From IMG/VR virus record IMGVR_UViG_3300026521_000471, positions 62,001-126,000 of that record: a stretch of DNA of 64,000 nucleotides. One strand, written 5' to 3'. The notes beneath the pieces were generated by a model. That model saw only the letters and a list, made by a program, of their open reading frames with translations. It did not search any database and had not been told where the DNA came from. Each line of letters begins with the position of its first letter. Position 1 is the stretch's first letter. The translations under genes and the position numbers were made by a program. Below, piece by piece: positions 35,868 through 45,554 of this stretch.

Positions 35868-37421
35868 ATGGCTAAAACTAAATTAGTAAATGGTGTTAAA
35901 CTTGATTATGTTGCCGGTTCTTTTGCCAGTTTTGCCAAAATTAATAATTCTAATAAAGAACTGAAAGAAGAAAATATTAAAGATTATATAGGACTTATGA
36001 AATTTATAGAAGGTAAGCTCAAGGGTTATATAAATGTTAGCACTTTATTTAATGCTTATCAAGAAGAAGGGGATGGTCGATCTATAAAAGAACATAATAA
36101 TTTTGGTTATGATAAAGTTTATGCTGATTCTGGTGGATTACAAGTCCTTACAGCAGGTAAAACTATCAATGATGAAGTTAAAGAAAAAGTTTATACAGTC
36201 CAAGCTAAATATTCAGACTATGCTATGACATTTGATGAAATGCCTATAATGATAGCTAAAGACTTAGGTAAAAAATCAAAAATCGGCGATTATGGACAAG
36301 TCTTTGTTGATGAGTTAGTAGAGAAAAATGCGGAATTATCTGCAATGCATATTCAAAAACAAATAGATATGTTTGAATCATTAAATACATCCACTAAAAT
36401 TTTACCAATCATACATGGATATGACATTGATTCATATTTACGTTATGCTAAATCTATTTTTAATAACCTAGATCATATAGGACATCATATTCAAGGGATG
36501 TCTATTGCATCGTTAAGTGGTCATGCGGATAATAAAGTGGGGATAATGAAAGTATTTGACTTTGTGCCAAAGATATTAAATAGTGGTGAGATTAATCCTC
36601 AATATTTAGAACATATTCATTTACTAGGTGTTGCATCTTCACAAAGAATAATACCTATTATTATGATGATTAAAAAAGGATTATTACCAATTAAAACACT
36701 TTCATTTGATAGCACCGCAATAACAAAAGCATACACATTTGGTAGAGCATATCAGACCATAGAAGAATATAAAAATCCGAGGGACTTTAGTACAGAAGTA
36801 ACATTAAAAAGTTATAAAAATAAAGAGTTTCCAAACATAAAACAATTATATCAGAGTATGTATGATACGTTTAAAGATTATGAAAATTTTATGTTTGATG
36901 ATTGGGAAGATATAGCAAAACATTCACCAAATAATGGCGATAAACGGGCTTTAAAAGATCAATATTTGGAAGAAGGCTTAGAATATCAAAGAAAATACTT
37001 ACAGCAAGTAAGGATAGCTAATCTATATCATCATTATACTTATGTTTCCATGCTAGAAGGCTATATTGACGATGAACTTAGTATAACAGAATTGTTTGGT
37101 TATAATAAAACTGTTGAAACTATGATGCAATCATTTGAGAGTGTAAACACACTTGAAGAATTATCAGAAATGTGCGAATATTTTTATAATTTTGCTAAAG
37201 TCGGTCGAACAGATTTAAGAATTAAAAAAGTAAAAACGGTTAAAGAGTTTAAAGAAAAATATGAAGAAGAAGGTATTGATGTATATGCGGAATTAGGTAT
37301 CGACAAAGACGTTGAAATCCTAAGTGAAGAATTAAAAAAACCTTGGATTAAATCTTCAATAAAAAGAGCAAAAGGGGAAGATTATCCTCATGGTGAGGAA
37401 CCAACCAATGCACTTTTTTAA
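35868..37421 (+). CDS. TGT-fold guanine transglycosylase paralog 1 (DpdA-like)
   Basis: YADSGGLQ, FDEMP, HIHLLG, SFDST; ends TNALF*. Confidence 0.8.
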   Translation: MAKTKLVNGVKLDYVAGSFASFAKINNSNKELKEENIKDYIGLMKFIEGKLKGYINVSTLFNAYQEEGDGRSIKEHNNFGYDKVYADSGGLQVLTAGKTINDEVKEKVYTVQAKYSDYAMTFDEMPIMIAKDLGKKSKIGDYGQVFVDELVEKNAELSAMHIQKQIDMFESLNTSTKILPIIHGYDIDSYLRYAKSIFNNLDHIGHHIQGMSIASLSGHADNKVGIMKVFDFVPKILNSGEINPQYLEHIHLLGVASSQRIIPIIMMIKKGLLPIKTLSFDSTAITKAYTFGRAYQTIEEYKNPRDFSTEVTLKSYKNKEFPNIKQLYQSMYDTFKDYENFMFDDWEDIAKHSPNNGDKRALKDQYLEEGLEYQRKYLQQVRIANLYHHYTYVSMLEGYIDDELSITELFGYNKTVETMMQSFESVNTLEELSEMCEYFYNFAKVGRTDLRIKKVKTVKEFKEKYEEEGIDVYAELGIDKDVEILSEELKKPWIKSSIKRAKGEDYPHGEEPTNALF

Positions 37422-37785
37422 TAAAATTAAATCATTTATAAAAGGATTAGAATTAACTAAATTCGATAAAATCTTCTTTATAGGATATATTAGTTTATGG
37501 ATATATTATTTATTTAGTGGAATGAGTTATTTAACTGCTGGCGGTATATTATTAATTCTTGGAGCATGGCTAGTTTTTAAAGGTGAAATTTTTGTTGCAA
37601 CTTTAAACTATGTTATAGCCGATATAATGTGGGTTTTAAATGCTATTAATATAGGTGATAATGAAGGTACTATTTTCATTATAATTGGTATGCTTTTAGG
37701 TATTGCAGCAACTTATAAAATGCAAATTGGATCTTTAGCAAAATCATTAAAAATAGAAAAAAATTGTAAAATAAAACTAAAATAA
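37408..37785 (+). CDS. Membrane protein
   Basis: Multiple hydrophobic segments; start moved to ATG 37408. Confidence 0.6.
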   Translation: MHFFNKIKSFIKGLELTKFDKIFFIGYISLWIYYLFSGMSYLTAGGILLILGAWLVFKGEIFVATLNYVIADIMWVLNAINIGDNEGTIFIIIGMLLGIAATYKMQIGSLAKSLKIEKNCKIKLK

Positions 37786-37797
37786 AAAAGGATTAAT

Positions 37798-38562
37798 ATG
37801 ATACCTATTATGGAAATGTTTGGCCCAACTATACAAGGTGAGGGTGCAAGAAGTGGTGTAATTTCATATTTTTTAAGAGTTGGTGGGTGTAATTTTACTT
37901 GTAAAGGTTTTGGTGTGGCATATACCGATCCTGATGGCAATGAAAAGTTTGGATGTGATAGTTATTATGCCGTTGACCAAAAATTTAAGAAGTCATGGGA
38001 TTTTTTAAACTATAAAGAAATTGTTAATAAAATGAATATAATTCTGAATAAAGGGGCTCATGGTATTTTTAAACCTGATATAATTATAACCGGTGGAGAA
38101 CCACTAATGTATTGGAATAATGAAGACTTTCAAAACGTATTAATTTACTATATATCAAGAGGTTATAAAATCACGATTGAAACTAATGGTAGTATTGATA
38201 TTGATTTCACAAAAGATTATCAAAAAGAAATTATGTTTTCTATGTCGGTTAAATTAAAAAATAGTGGTGAAGCAGAACATAGAAGAATTAATATAAAAAA
38301 TCTTACTAATATACTTGAAAATTCTAAATATAGTTATTTTAAATTTGTTATTGGTAATGATATGAATGATGTAGAAAAAGAAATTATAGATATTTTAGAC
38401 AGCATTCCATATTATACTGATGTTTTTGTAATGCCTATGGGAGAAACTACCGATGGGATTGAAAAACACGCTTTAAAAACTGCTGAATTAGCTATTAAAA
38501 ATAATTGGAAATATAGCGATAGATTACATATTAGATTATGGAATGATAAACCGGGTGTTTAG
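37798..38562 (+). CDS. queE: 7-carboxy-7-deazaguanine synthase QueE (radical SAM)
   Basis: EMFGPTIQGEG, FLRVGGCNFTC...CDS, ITGGEP, IETNG, RLHIRLW. Confidence 0.92.
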   Translation: MIPIMEMFGPTIQGEGARSGVISYFLRVGGCNFTCKGFGVAYTDPDGNEKFGCDSYYAVDQKFKKSWDFLNYKEIVNKMNIILNKGAHGIFKPDIIITGGEPLMYWNNEDFQNVLIYYISRGYKITIETNGSIDIDFTKDYQKEIMFSMSVKLKNSGEAEHRRINIKNLTNILENSKYSYFKFVIGNDMNDVEKEIIDILDSIPYYTDVFVMPMGETTDGIEKHALKTAELAIKNNWKYSDRLHIRLWNDKPGV

Positions 38563-38579
38563 ATTTAAGAGGAAAATAT

Positions 38580-39929
38580 ATGAGTAAATTTAAAAATACA
38601 GAACTAATTGTCGATTATGTTCTTTCAGGATTCGGAGCTTCATTTCGATTAGGCTCACCAAATGAAGCTTACGCTAGAGGTGTTGCAGAAGAATTATTTA
38701 GTTCTACTAAATTTTTAGAATCAGAAACTAGAGGCGATAATATTGAAATGAGTGCATTGTTTAATGCATATACAGAAGATAGAATGGCGGAACAGTTAAA
38801 TGGGTTTAATCTTAATTTAAGAGATCTATATACTGGGGGTATGTATGTTGATTCTGGAGGATTACAGGTTTTAACACAAGGCAAAACTATCGATGAAGAA
38901 ATGAGAAAAAAAATATATAAAACTCAGGCTTCATATGGTGATTTTGCTATGAGTTTTGATGTTATTCCTTCTGAATTTGTAAATGGCGAAAAAATATATT
39001 TTCCGGAGCGAGTAGCTGATGCGGGAACACAAGCTGGAAAAAATTTAATTGAACAAATTAAAGCATTTAAAGAATACAATACCTCTTGTAAAATCATGCC
39101 AATCATTCAAGGATTAGGTGAAAGTGACATGGATTTATATGCTAATAATATGTTTAGCCAACTATCTAAAGATGAATTGGATTATATCACAAGTGTCGCT
39201 TTTGGTGGTGGTACAAGTGGTTTTGAATTTTTAAATAGAATGATGAATGCTCATCATTCAAAAATTTTATCACAAAAAATGAATCATGTGCATTTACTAG
39301 GGATTACAGGCTTTTCTAGACTATTACCGCCTATTATTGCAGCAATGAATGGAATTCTTCCAGATGTTAATAGAATTTCTTTTGATAGTACAACAATATC
39401 AAAGACTTATGTATTAGGGATGGTATGGCCAGAAGTTGAGGATGTTATTTCTGGTAATGTTAAAGCTGGTGCAAGTACATCGTTAGGCAAAGTAAGAAAT
39501 AAAACTGTTGAAGCTCATTATGAAAAAATGTGGAATTGGTGGAAAAAAAATCCTAATAATATTTTTGATGGTGTTGAAGATCTTTTAGAACATTCCGTAT
39601 ATAACTCTAAAGGTTTTACAACTGGATACCAACAAACAGAAAATTTATCATTAGAAGATGGAATCAAAACAATTACCCAAAAGCATGTTTTTGTATATTA
39701 TAACACATATAATTTTATCAATATTTTAAAAGGATATATAAAAGGCGAGGTACCATTATCCAACTTGTTAGGTAAGAATCAAAAAGGTATTTTCTTATTT
39801 GAACAATTAGAGAGTATTACTGATGTAAACGATTATAATGAGTGGTTTATAGATGTTAAAAAACATATAAAGATTGATGTTCCATCTGTTGGTTCAGATA
39901 AAGGACAATCAACAAATATTTTATTTTAG
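38580..39929 (+). CDS. TGT-fold transglycosylase paralog 2
   Basis: LFNAYTE, YVDSGGLQ, FDVIP, HVHLLG, SFDST; ends TNILF*. Confidence 0.8.
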   Translation: MSKFKNTELIVDYVLSGFGASFRLGSPNEAYARGVAEELFSSTKFLESETRGDNIEMSALFNAYTEDRMAEQLNGFNLNLRDLYTGGMYVDSGGLQVLTQGKTIDEEMRKKIYKTQASYGDFAMSFDVIPSEFVNGEKIYFPERVADAGTQAGKNLIEQIKAFKEYNTSCKIMPIIQGLGESDMDLYANNMFSQLSKDELDYITSVAFGGGTSGFEFLNRMMNAHHSKILSQKMNHVHLLGITGFSRLLPPIIAAMNGILPDVNRISFDSTTISKTYVLGMVWPEVEDVISGNVKAGASTSLGKVRNKTVEAHYEKMWNWWKKNPNNIFDGVEDLLEHSVYNSKGFTTGYQQTENLSLEDGIKTITQKHVFVYYNTYNFINILKGYIKGEVPLSNLLGKNQKGIFLFEQLESITDVNDYNEWFIDVKKHIKIDVPSVGSDKGQSTNILF

Positions 39930-41519
39930 GTGATATTGATGGCTACAAGTAAAAAACAAATAAATGGTATTACTTTAGATTATGTTTCTGGTTCATTACG
40001 ACCTTTCTTAAAAATAGGTTCTGGTAGTACAGATGCTATAAAGCATGAGGGAGTTGAAGATTTTAAGAAACTACTAGATTGGTCTCAAACACATTTAAAA
40101 GGTTACTTTGTACTATCAACACTTTTTAATGCGTTTCAAGAAGAAAAAGATGGTAAAGTATTAAAAGAAGAAAACAAACTTAATCATGACGCAATTTATG
40201 CCGATTCTGGTGGATTACAAGTCCTCACTAGAGGATTAGAAATTACAGATGATATTAAATTGAAAGTATATGATACTCAAGCTAAATATTGTGATTTTGC
40301 CATGACATTCGATGAAATGCCTTTAAAAGTTATAGAAAATCAAGATCAATTTGGTAAATCAATTATTGATAATAACAGGGTTGTTCATATCAAAGAAATG
40401 GTAGGTATATCTGCAAAAAATTCAGCAGCACATATTCAACAGCAAATTGATGTATTTGAAAAACTTAAGACGAATACAAAAATATTACCTATTGTACATG
40501 GTTTTAGTGAAGAAACATATATCGAATACGCCGAAACAATTATGAAAAACTTACATAATATTAAGGAACATATCCAAGGTATGGCTATTGCTTCATTATC
40601 AGCATCAGCGGATAATAAGGTAGGTATAATGAAAGTTTTTGATTATGTACCAACTCTTATGAATGCTAAAGAGATAAAAGAAGAGTATAGACAACATGTC
40701 CACTTACTAGGAGTAGCTTCATATCAAAGAATAATTCCAGTTATGATGATGGCTAAAAAGGGTATTTTTGATACCGTTAAAAGAATTTCATTTGATAGTA
40801 CTGCACTTACAAAATCATATACATTTGGGCGTGTATATGCTAGTGTTGAAGAAATGAAAAATCCTAAAGATTATGAACCTCTTTTATCATTAAATCATTG
40901 GAAAGATCCTCATTCAAAAAATATTAGACAATTTTATAATAACGTACACAATTTACTCAAAGACTACCCCGATTATATTTTTGAAGATGTTGAAGATTTG
41001 ATGAACCATTCACAAAATAATGGTGAGAAATTAAAAGTTAGTGAACAATTTAAAAAATATGGAACTGAATATGAAAGAAAATATCTGGCTCAAGTGAGAT
41101 ATAATAGCATTTATAATATGATTCAGTATTTAAGTGTTATTGAAGCTTATTTAGAAGATGAACTGGCTGTAGCTGATATATTCTCATATAATGGGACAGT
41201 AAGATTTATGTTTGAAACCTTTGAGCATAATGCACATACAAAAGAAGATTTTAAAGAGATGTGTAACTATTTTTATACAACGGCTACAACAGGAAGAACG
41301 AACCTCAATTATATAATAATGGACACTTTAGAAGAATTTGAAAAAAGTGAATATGGAAATAATCCCGATGTAAAATCGGACCCATTAGCCGAATTAGGAG
41401 TAGGGGAAGTACCAAAACATGAAAAAGGGTATGTTCGACCAGATCTTTTAGCTCGACGAGCTAAAAGAGCACCTAGAGATTTTAAAGAAGATGGAAATCC
41501 ATCAGATTCTCTTTTTTAA
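39930..41519 (+). CDS. TGT-fold transglycosylase paralog 3
   Basis: YADSGGLQ, FDEMP, HVHLLG, SFDST; closest to paralog 1; ends SDSLF*. Confidence 0.8.
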   Translation: MILMATSKKQINGITLDYVSGSLRPFLKIGSGSTDAIKHEGVEDFKKLLDWSQTHLKGYFVLSTLFNAFQEEKDGKVLKEENKLNHDAIYADSGGLQVLTRGLEITDDIKLKVYDTQAKYCDFAMTFDEMPLKVIENQDQFGKSIIDNNRVVHIKEMVGISAKNSAAHIQQQIDVFEKLKTNTKILPIVHGFSEETYIEYAETIMKNLHNIKEHIQGMAIASLSASADNKVGIMKVFDYVPTLMNAKEIKEEYRQHVHLLGVASYQRIIPVMMMAKKGIFDTVKRISFDSTALTKSYTFGRVYASVEEMKNPKDYEPLLSLNHWKDPHSKNIRQFYNNVHNLLKDYPDYIFEDVEDLMNHSQNNGEKLKVSEQFKKYGTEYERKYLAQVRYNSIYNMIQYLSVIEAYLEDELAVADIFSYNGTVRFMFETFEHNAHTKEDFKEMCNYFYTTATTGRTNLNYIIMDTLEEFEKSEYGNNPDVKSDPLAELGVGEVPKHEKGYVRPDLLARRAKRAPRDFKEDGNPSDSLF

Positions 41520-41559
41520 AAATGTAAAATTAATATAAAATATTAAAAAAAGGATATAT

Positions 41560-42594
41560 ATGAAAATAGCTATTATTGGTGCTGGATGGTATGGATGTCA
41601 TATAGCTTCAATTTTAAAATCGTACGCTGTTGATATAACTATTTTTGAACAAGAAGATGATATTTTTAAACATGCATCATCAAAAAATCAAAATAGACTT
41701 CATTTGGGTTTTCATTATCCTAGATCTTCAATAACACGACTGCAGTCAAAACAGGGTTTTAAAAATTTTAAAAAAGAGTATGATTTTTGTTGTAGTCCTA
41801 TAAGTAAAAATTTCTATGCAGTAGATAATCAACGATCTTTAATAGACTTTGAAACATTTAAAATTATTATGGAACACGATCTGGATTTTAAAATAAAAGA
41901 TAATACGGACAGACTACAAAACTTATCTGGATTAATTAATACTAAGGAAGAAGTTATTAATTTTGATATTGCCATAGAACACTTTAAAGAATTATTGTCA
42001 GGCGATTTAAGATTAAACTGTAAAATTGAAAATGCAGATATTCAAAATTGTGATGATTATGTCCAAATTAAAGATGAAAATTTTGATTATTTAATCAACT
42101 GTACTTGGGCTACTTTTAGAAATAATTTCAATATTGACGCTTTTTATGAATCATGTATTGTTTTACTTTATAAAACATCACATCACGAAAATGATTTCGC
42201 TATAACTATTATGGATGGTGAATTTGTATCTCTATTTCCATATACTGAAAACGGGGTGTACACACTCACATCTGTAAAAAATACAGTTCTAAAAAGAGAT
42301 AAAAGTTATAAAAAAATTATAGATTTTCAAAATAATTTATCGGATGATTTTATACAAGAAATTATTAAAAAAATGGAAGCTGAAATGATATATTATTATC
42401 CAGATTTTTTAATAGATTTTGAATTTAAAGACTATTTTCTTACAACAAAAAGTAAACTTAATGTACAAACTGATTCTCGTGAAGTGGTAGTAAAACATAA
42501 TAATCGAGAGATTTTTGTATTTTCTGGAAAAATAGATACTATCTTTGAAGCTGAAAAAGAAATTTTAAAAATACTAGGATTAAAAAATGAATAA
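41560..42594 (+). CDS. FAD-dependent oxidoreductase (DAO-like)
   Basis: IAIIGAGWYG, ASSKNQNRLHLGFHYPRS, SGKID. Confidence 0.85.
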   Translation: MKIAIIGAGWYGCHIASILKSYAVDITIFEQEDDIFKHASSKNQNRLHLGFHYPRSSITRLQSKQGFKNFKKEYDFCCSPISKNFYAVDNQRSLIDFETFKIIMEHDLDFKIKDNTDRLQNLSGLINTKEEVINFDIAIEHFKELLSGDLRLNCKIENADIQNCDDYVQIKDENFDYLINCTWATFRNNFNIDAFYESCIVLLYKTSHHENDFAITIMDGEFVSLFPYTENGVYTLTSVKNTVLKRDKSYKKIIDFQNNLSDDFIQEIIKKMEAEMIYYYPDFLIDFEFKDYFLTTKSKLNVQTDSREVVVKHNNREIFVFSGKIDTIFEAEKEILKILGLKNE

Positions 42595-43255
42595 TAAAAT
42601 ATGTATCATTGGCGGTACCTCCAATATTTCAAAATCATTTATAAAAATGGTTGAAAATAATTTTGATATTATAACGGTTGGTAAAAGCTCTAATAATGAT
42701 ATTGAATTTGATATTAATAATGGAAATTTTAATAATATTAATAAAATACCTTTAAATTGTTCGTATTATTTAATTGCTGCAGGCATATTATACCCAAAAA
42801 AGATTATCGAACAAACAAATAATGAGATTTTAAATAGTATATCTTTAAATCTTTTATTTCCGACTTATTTAATTGAACAGATATTAGATATTAATGAAGA
42901 TGTAAGAATTGTAGTGGTTGGTTCTGAATCGGGTAAAAAAGGTTCATATGACACAACTTACTTTTTAAGTAAAGCAGCTTTAAAATCTTATATACAAGAA
43001 AAACATATTAAATCTAAAAACCAATCACTAAATATGATTGCTCCATCGGTTATACTGGATACAAAAATGACACAAGATCGGGACGATTTAGAAGAAGTAT
43101 TAGAAAGAGCAAAAGATTTACCAAAAGAAAGATATTTAATGAGTGAAGAAGTCGCTAAACTTATTTATTATTTATTTTTTGAGGATTCAGGGTATATTAA
43201 TAACGAAGTTATTAATATGAATGGTGGTAAATTTGCAAGAATGAATTACAGATAA
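42587..43255 (+). CDS. Short-chain dehydrogenase/reductase
   Basis: IIGGTSNIS Rossmann, S and YxxxK (YFLSK). Confidence 0.8.
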   Translation: MNNKICIIGGTSNISKSFIKMVENNFDIITVGKSSNNDIEFDINNGNFNNINKIPLNCSYYLIAAGILYPKKIIEQTNNEILNSISLNLLFPTYLIEQILDINEDVRIVVVGSESGKKGSYDTTYFLSKAALKSYIQEKHIKSKNQSLNMIAPSVILDTKMTQDRDDLEEVLERAKDLPKERYLMSEEVAKLIYYLFFEDSGYINNEVINMNGGKFARMNYR

Positions 43256-43265
43256 GGAAAGGGAT

Positions 43266-44705
43266 ATGAAACAATATAAAAAACGAATAGCATTTATTAT
43301 ATCATCACAACATTTTATAATACATGGTGGTATAGGAACATTTGCACGAGCTTTCGTAGATATGTGCAATGATTTAGATTATAAAGTCGACTATATAATG
43401 GATAAAGCTCCGGCTAATAAAGATTTAGAAGAATACATACTTAAAAATAATGGAAATATTTTATACCCTCACAAAGACTTGTCTTATAAAGGTCATAATG
43501 CAAGGTTTGTTTTCTCAGATAGTATGAATTTAGAAAAAACTATAAACTTTAGGGATTCGTTTTTACAATCATTTAAGAATGCAATTTATGATGTTATCAT
43601 CATAAATTCTAATGATGCTATATTACCAATATTAATAACCGGGATTCAGAGTATTGCACCGACAATAGTATATTCTCATAGTGGTGAACTAGTTTTTGTA
43701 AATGAAAAACATGATCCAGTCTTTAAAAAGTCTGTAGTCGAAATTTATAAACAATTAATGTGTTTGGATGATATTATAATCGGAACTCATAGTGACCATA
43801 ATAAAGCTATCATAGAAAATAACTTTCCAGATATAAATGTCAAAACATTACCTTTAAGGATAGCTGATAAGGGGTTATTAGACTCCATAGATCCGAATAT
43901 TGAAAAAAATGGCGTGTTATTTGTAGGTCGTTATGAACCAAGAAAAAATCCCGACACATTTTTAAAAGGTGTTTCTGAAGCAGGACTAAAAATCTTAATA
44001 ATGACAAATGATAACGGGGCTAAAAAATTTGAAGCTAAACTTTTAGCTTTAGGTTATGAAAAATTTAATGAAAGAAAAAATGATCCACTGCAAAATGATG
44101 GAAAAGTATATGAAATAAAATTTGGTATATTTGGAAAAGAAAAAGAAGCTTTCATGAATAAAGCTAGGCTTTCTTTCCAACCTGCTATTTTAGAATCATA
44201 TGCATATAGTACAGTTGAAGCATTACATTGTTGTAGAACCGTAGTACTTGATGAATATTCGTGGGGTAAAAATTTCAAAGGGTTAGCATATTTTACAAAT
44301 AAAAAGACAATGAGTGAAGATTTAAAACGTTGGCATGATGAAGATTATGATATGGAACAGCAATTAGAAAAAATGCGAAAAATTTATAATGATGGTGCGC
44401 AGTATTGGACAGATATATTTGAAGAATATTCCGCTTTAAATTTAAACCCTAAAAAAGTAACAAAAACTAAGTTATACAAATTATTGGATGAACAGAAGGA
44501 TTTTGTATCCATTTCATATATACTTGAAACGCTACTAAATAGAGATTTAAATTGGATAGCTATTGATGATGCTGAAATTTTTTATAAAATTATTAATGAA
44601 TTGGATATTGTTCATACTGATAAAGAAACTTTTATAGCATTAAAAAATAAAAAATTCAAATTTAATATATCGGACGAAGTTGATGGTTCCGAATTATTAT
44701 TTTAA
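43266..44705 (+). CDS. GT-B glycosyltransferase
   Basis: HGGIGTF, LFVGRYEPRKN, ESYAYSTVEAL; ends SELLF*. Confidence 0.8.
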   Translation: MKQYKKRIAFIISSQHFIIHGGIGTFARAFVDMCNDLDYKVDYIMDKAPANKDLEEYILKNNGNILYPHKDLSYKGHNARFVFSDSMNLEKTINFRDSFLQSFKNAIYDVIIINSNDAILPILITGIQSIAPTIVYSHSGELVFVNEKHDPVFKKSVVEIYKQLMCLDDIIIGTHSDHNKAIIENNFPDINVKTLPLRIADKGLLDSIDPNIEKNGVLFVGRYEPRKNPDTFLKGVSEAGLKILIMTNDNGAKKFEAKLLALGYEKFNERKNDPLQNDGKVYEIKFGIFGKEKEAFMNKARLSFQPAILESYAYSTVEALHCCRTVVLDEYSWGKNFKGLAYFTNKKTMSEDLKRWHDEDYDMEQQLEKMRKIYNDGAQYWTDIFEEYSALNLNPKKVTKTKLYKLLDEQKDFVSISYILETLLNRDLNWIAIDDAEIFYKIINELDIVHTDKETFIALKNKKFKFNISDEVDGSELLF

Positions 44706-44743
44706 AATGATATTTGTATAATACATATAAAAAGGTTAAAAAA

Positions 44744-45493
44744 ATGAAAATATACCAAATCGAAATAACAAATGCATGTCAATTTAGATGTGATTACTGC
44801 CCTAGAACAACAGCTATGACTAGAAAAGTAGGCTCTATGTCTAATGAAACGATTAACAGAATAGCTGATGTACTAACTAGTGATTCAATTCGACTTCACC
44901 ACTATGGCGAAAGTTTAATTGAGTTGGATAAAACTCTTTATGCGATTAAAGCATTAAAAAATAAAAACCCAGAATTGGTTATAGAATTAAATACAAATGG
45001 TGAGTACTTAACCCCAGAAACGACAGATAAACTATTTGAGGCCGGCCTTTCAAAAGTTAATTTATCATATCATTTCCCACCAAGTATTAAACACTTAAAA
45101 AATATTGATCCAAAATATAGAGAACGAATTGAAGTTATGAAAATAGCCCACTTATCTGAAATTGAAAAGTATAAAAATGAGTTAAAAGAAGTAAAAGAAA
45201 TAGGATACAAAGTAATCTTAAAACAATTAAGAGACTTAGGTCAAGTTAATGCAGATAGTGCAGGAAAAGGTAATGCATGGAAAGAATGTTCTTTTATAAA
45301 AAATAATGAATTCGTAGTATTATGGGATGGACGTATTGTCACTTGTTGCGAAGTATTTGATGGTGAACCAGAAGAAATACTAGGATCAATTTTTGATGAC
45401 TCTTTACCAGAAAAAAATAAATATATTTCTAAATGTGCTACTTGTATGGGTTATGGAAATGGCGATATTGAAACTGAAAAAATAAATATTTAA
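44744..45493 (+). CDS. Radical SAM protein with SPASM/Twitch-like C-terminus
   Basis: EITNACQFRCDYC, HHYGES, C..WDG..VTCC...C..C; start moved to ATG 44744. Confidence 0.85.
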   Translation: MKIYQIEITNACQFRCDYCPRTTAMTRKVGSMSNETINRIADVLTSDSIRLHHYGESLIELDKTLYAIKALKNKNPELVIELNTNGEYLTPETTDKLFEAGLSKVNLSYHFPPSIKHLKNIDPKYRERIEVMKIAHLSEIEKYKNELKEVKEIGYKVILKQLRDLGQVNADSAGKGNAWKECSFIKNNEFVVLWDGRIVTCCEVFDGEPEEILGSIFDDSLPEKNKYISKCATCMGYGNGDIETEKINI

Positions 45494-45554
45494 GGGTCTA
45501 TTAAGGTATTACTACTTATAATATTTAATACCATTATAAGGAGGTTCATACCAT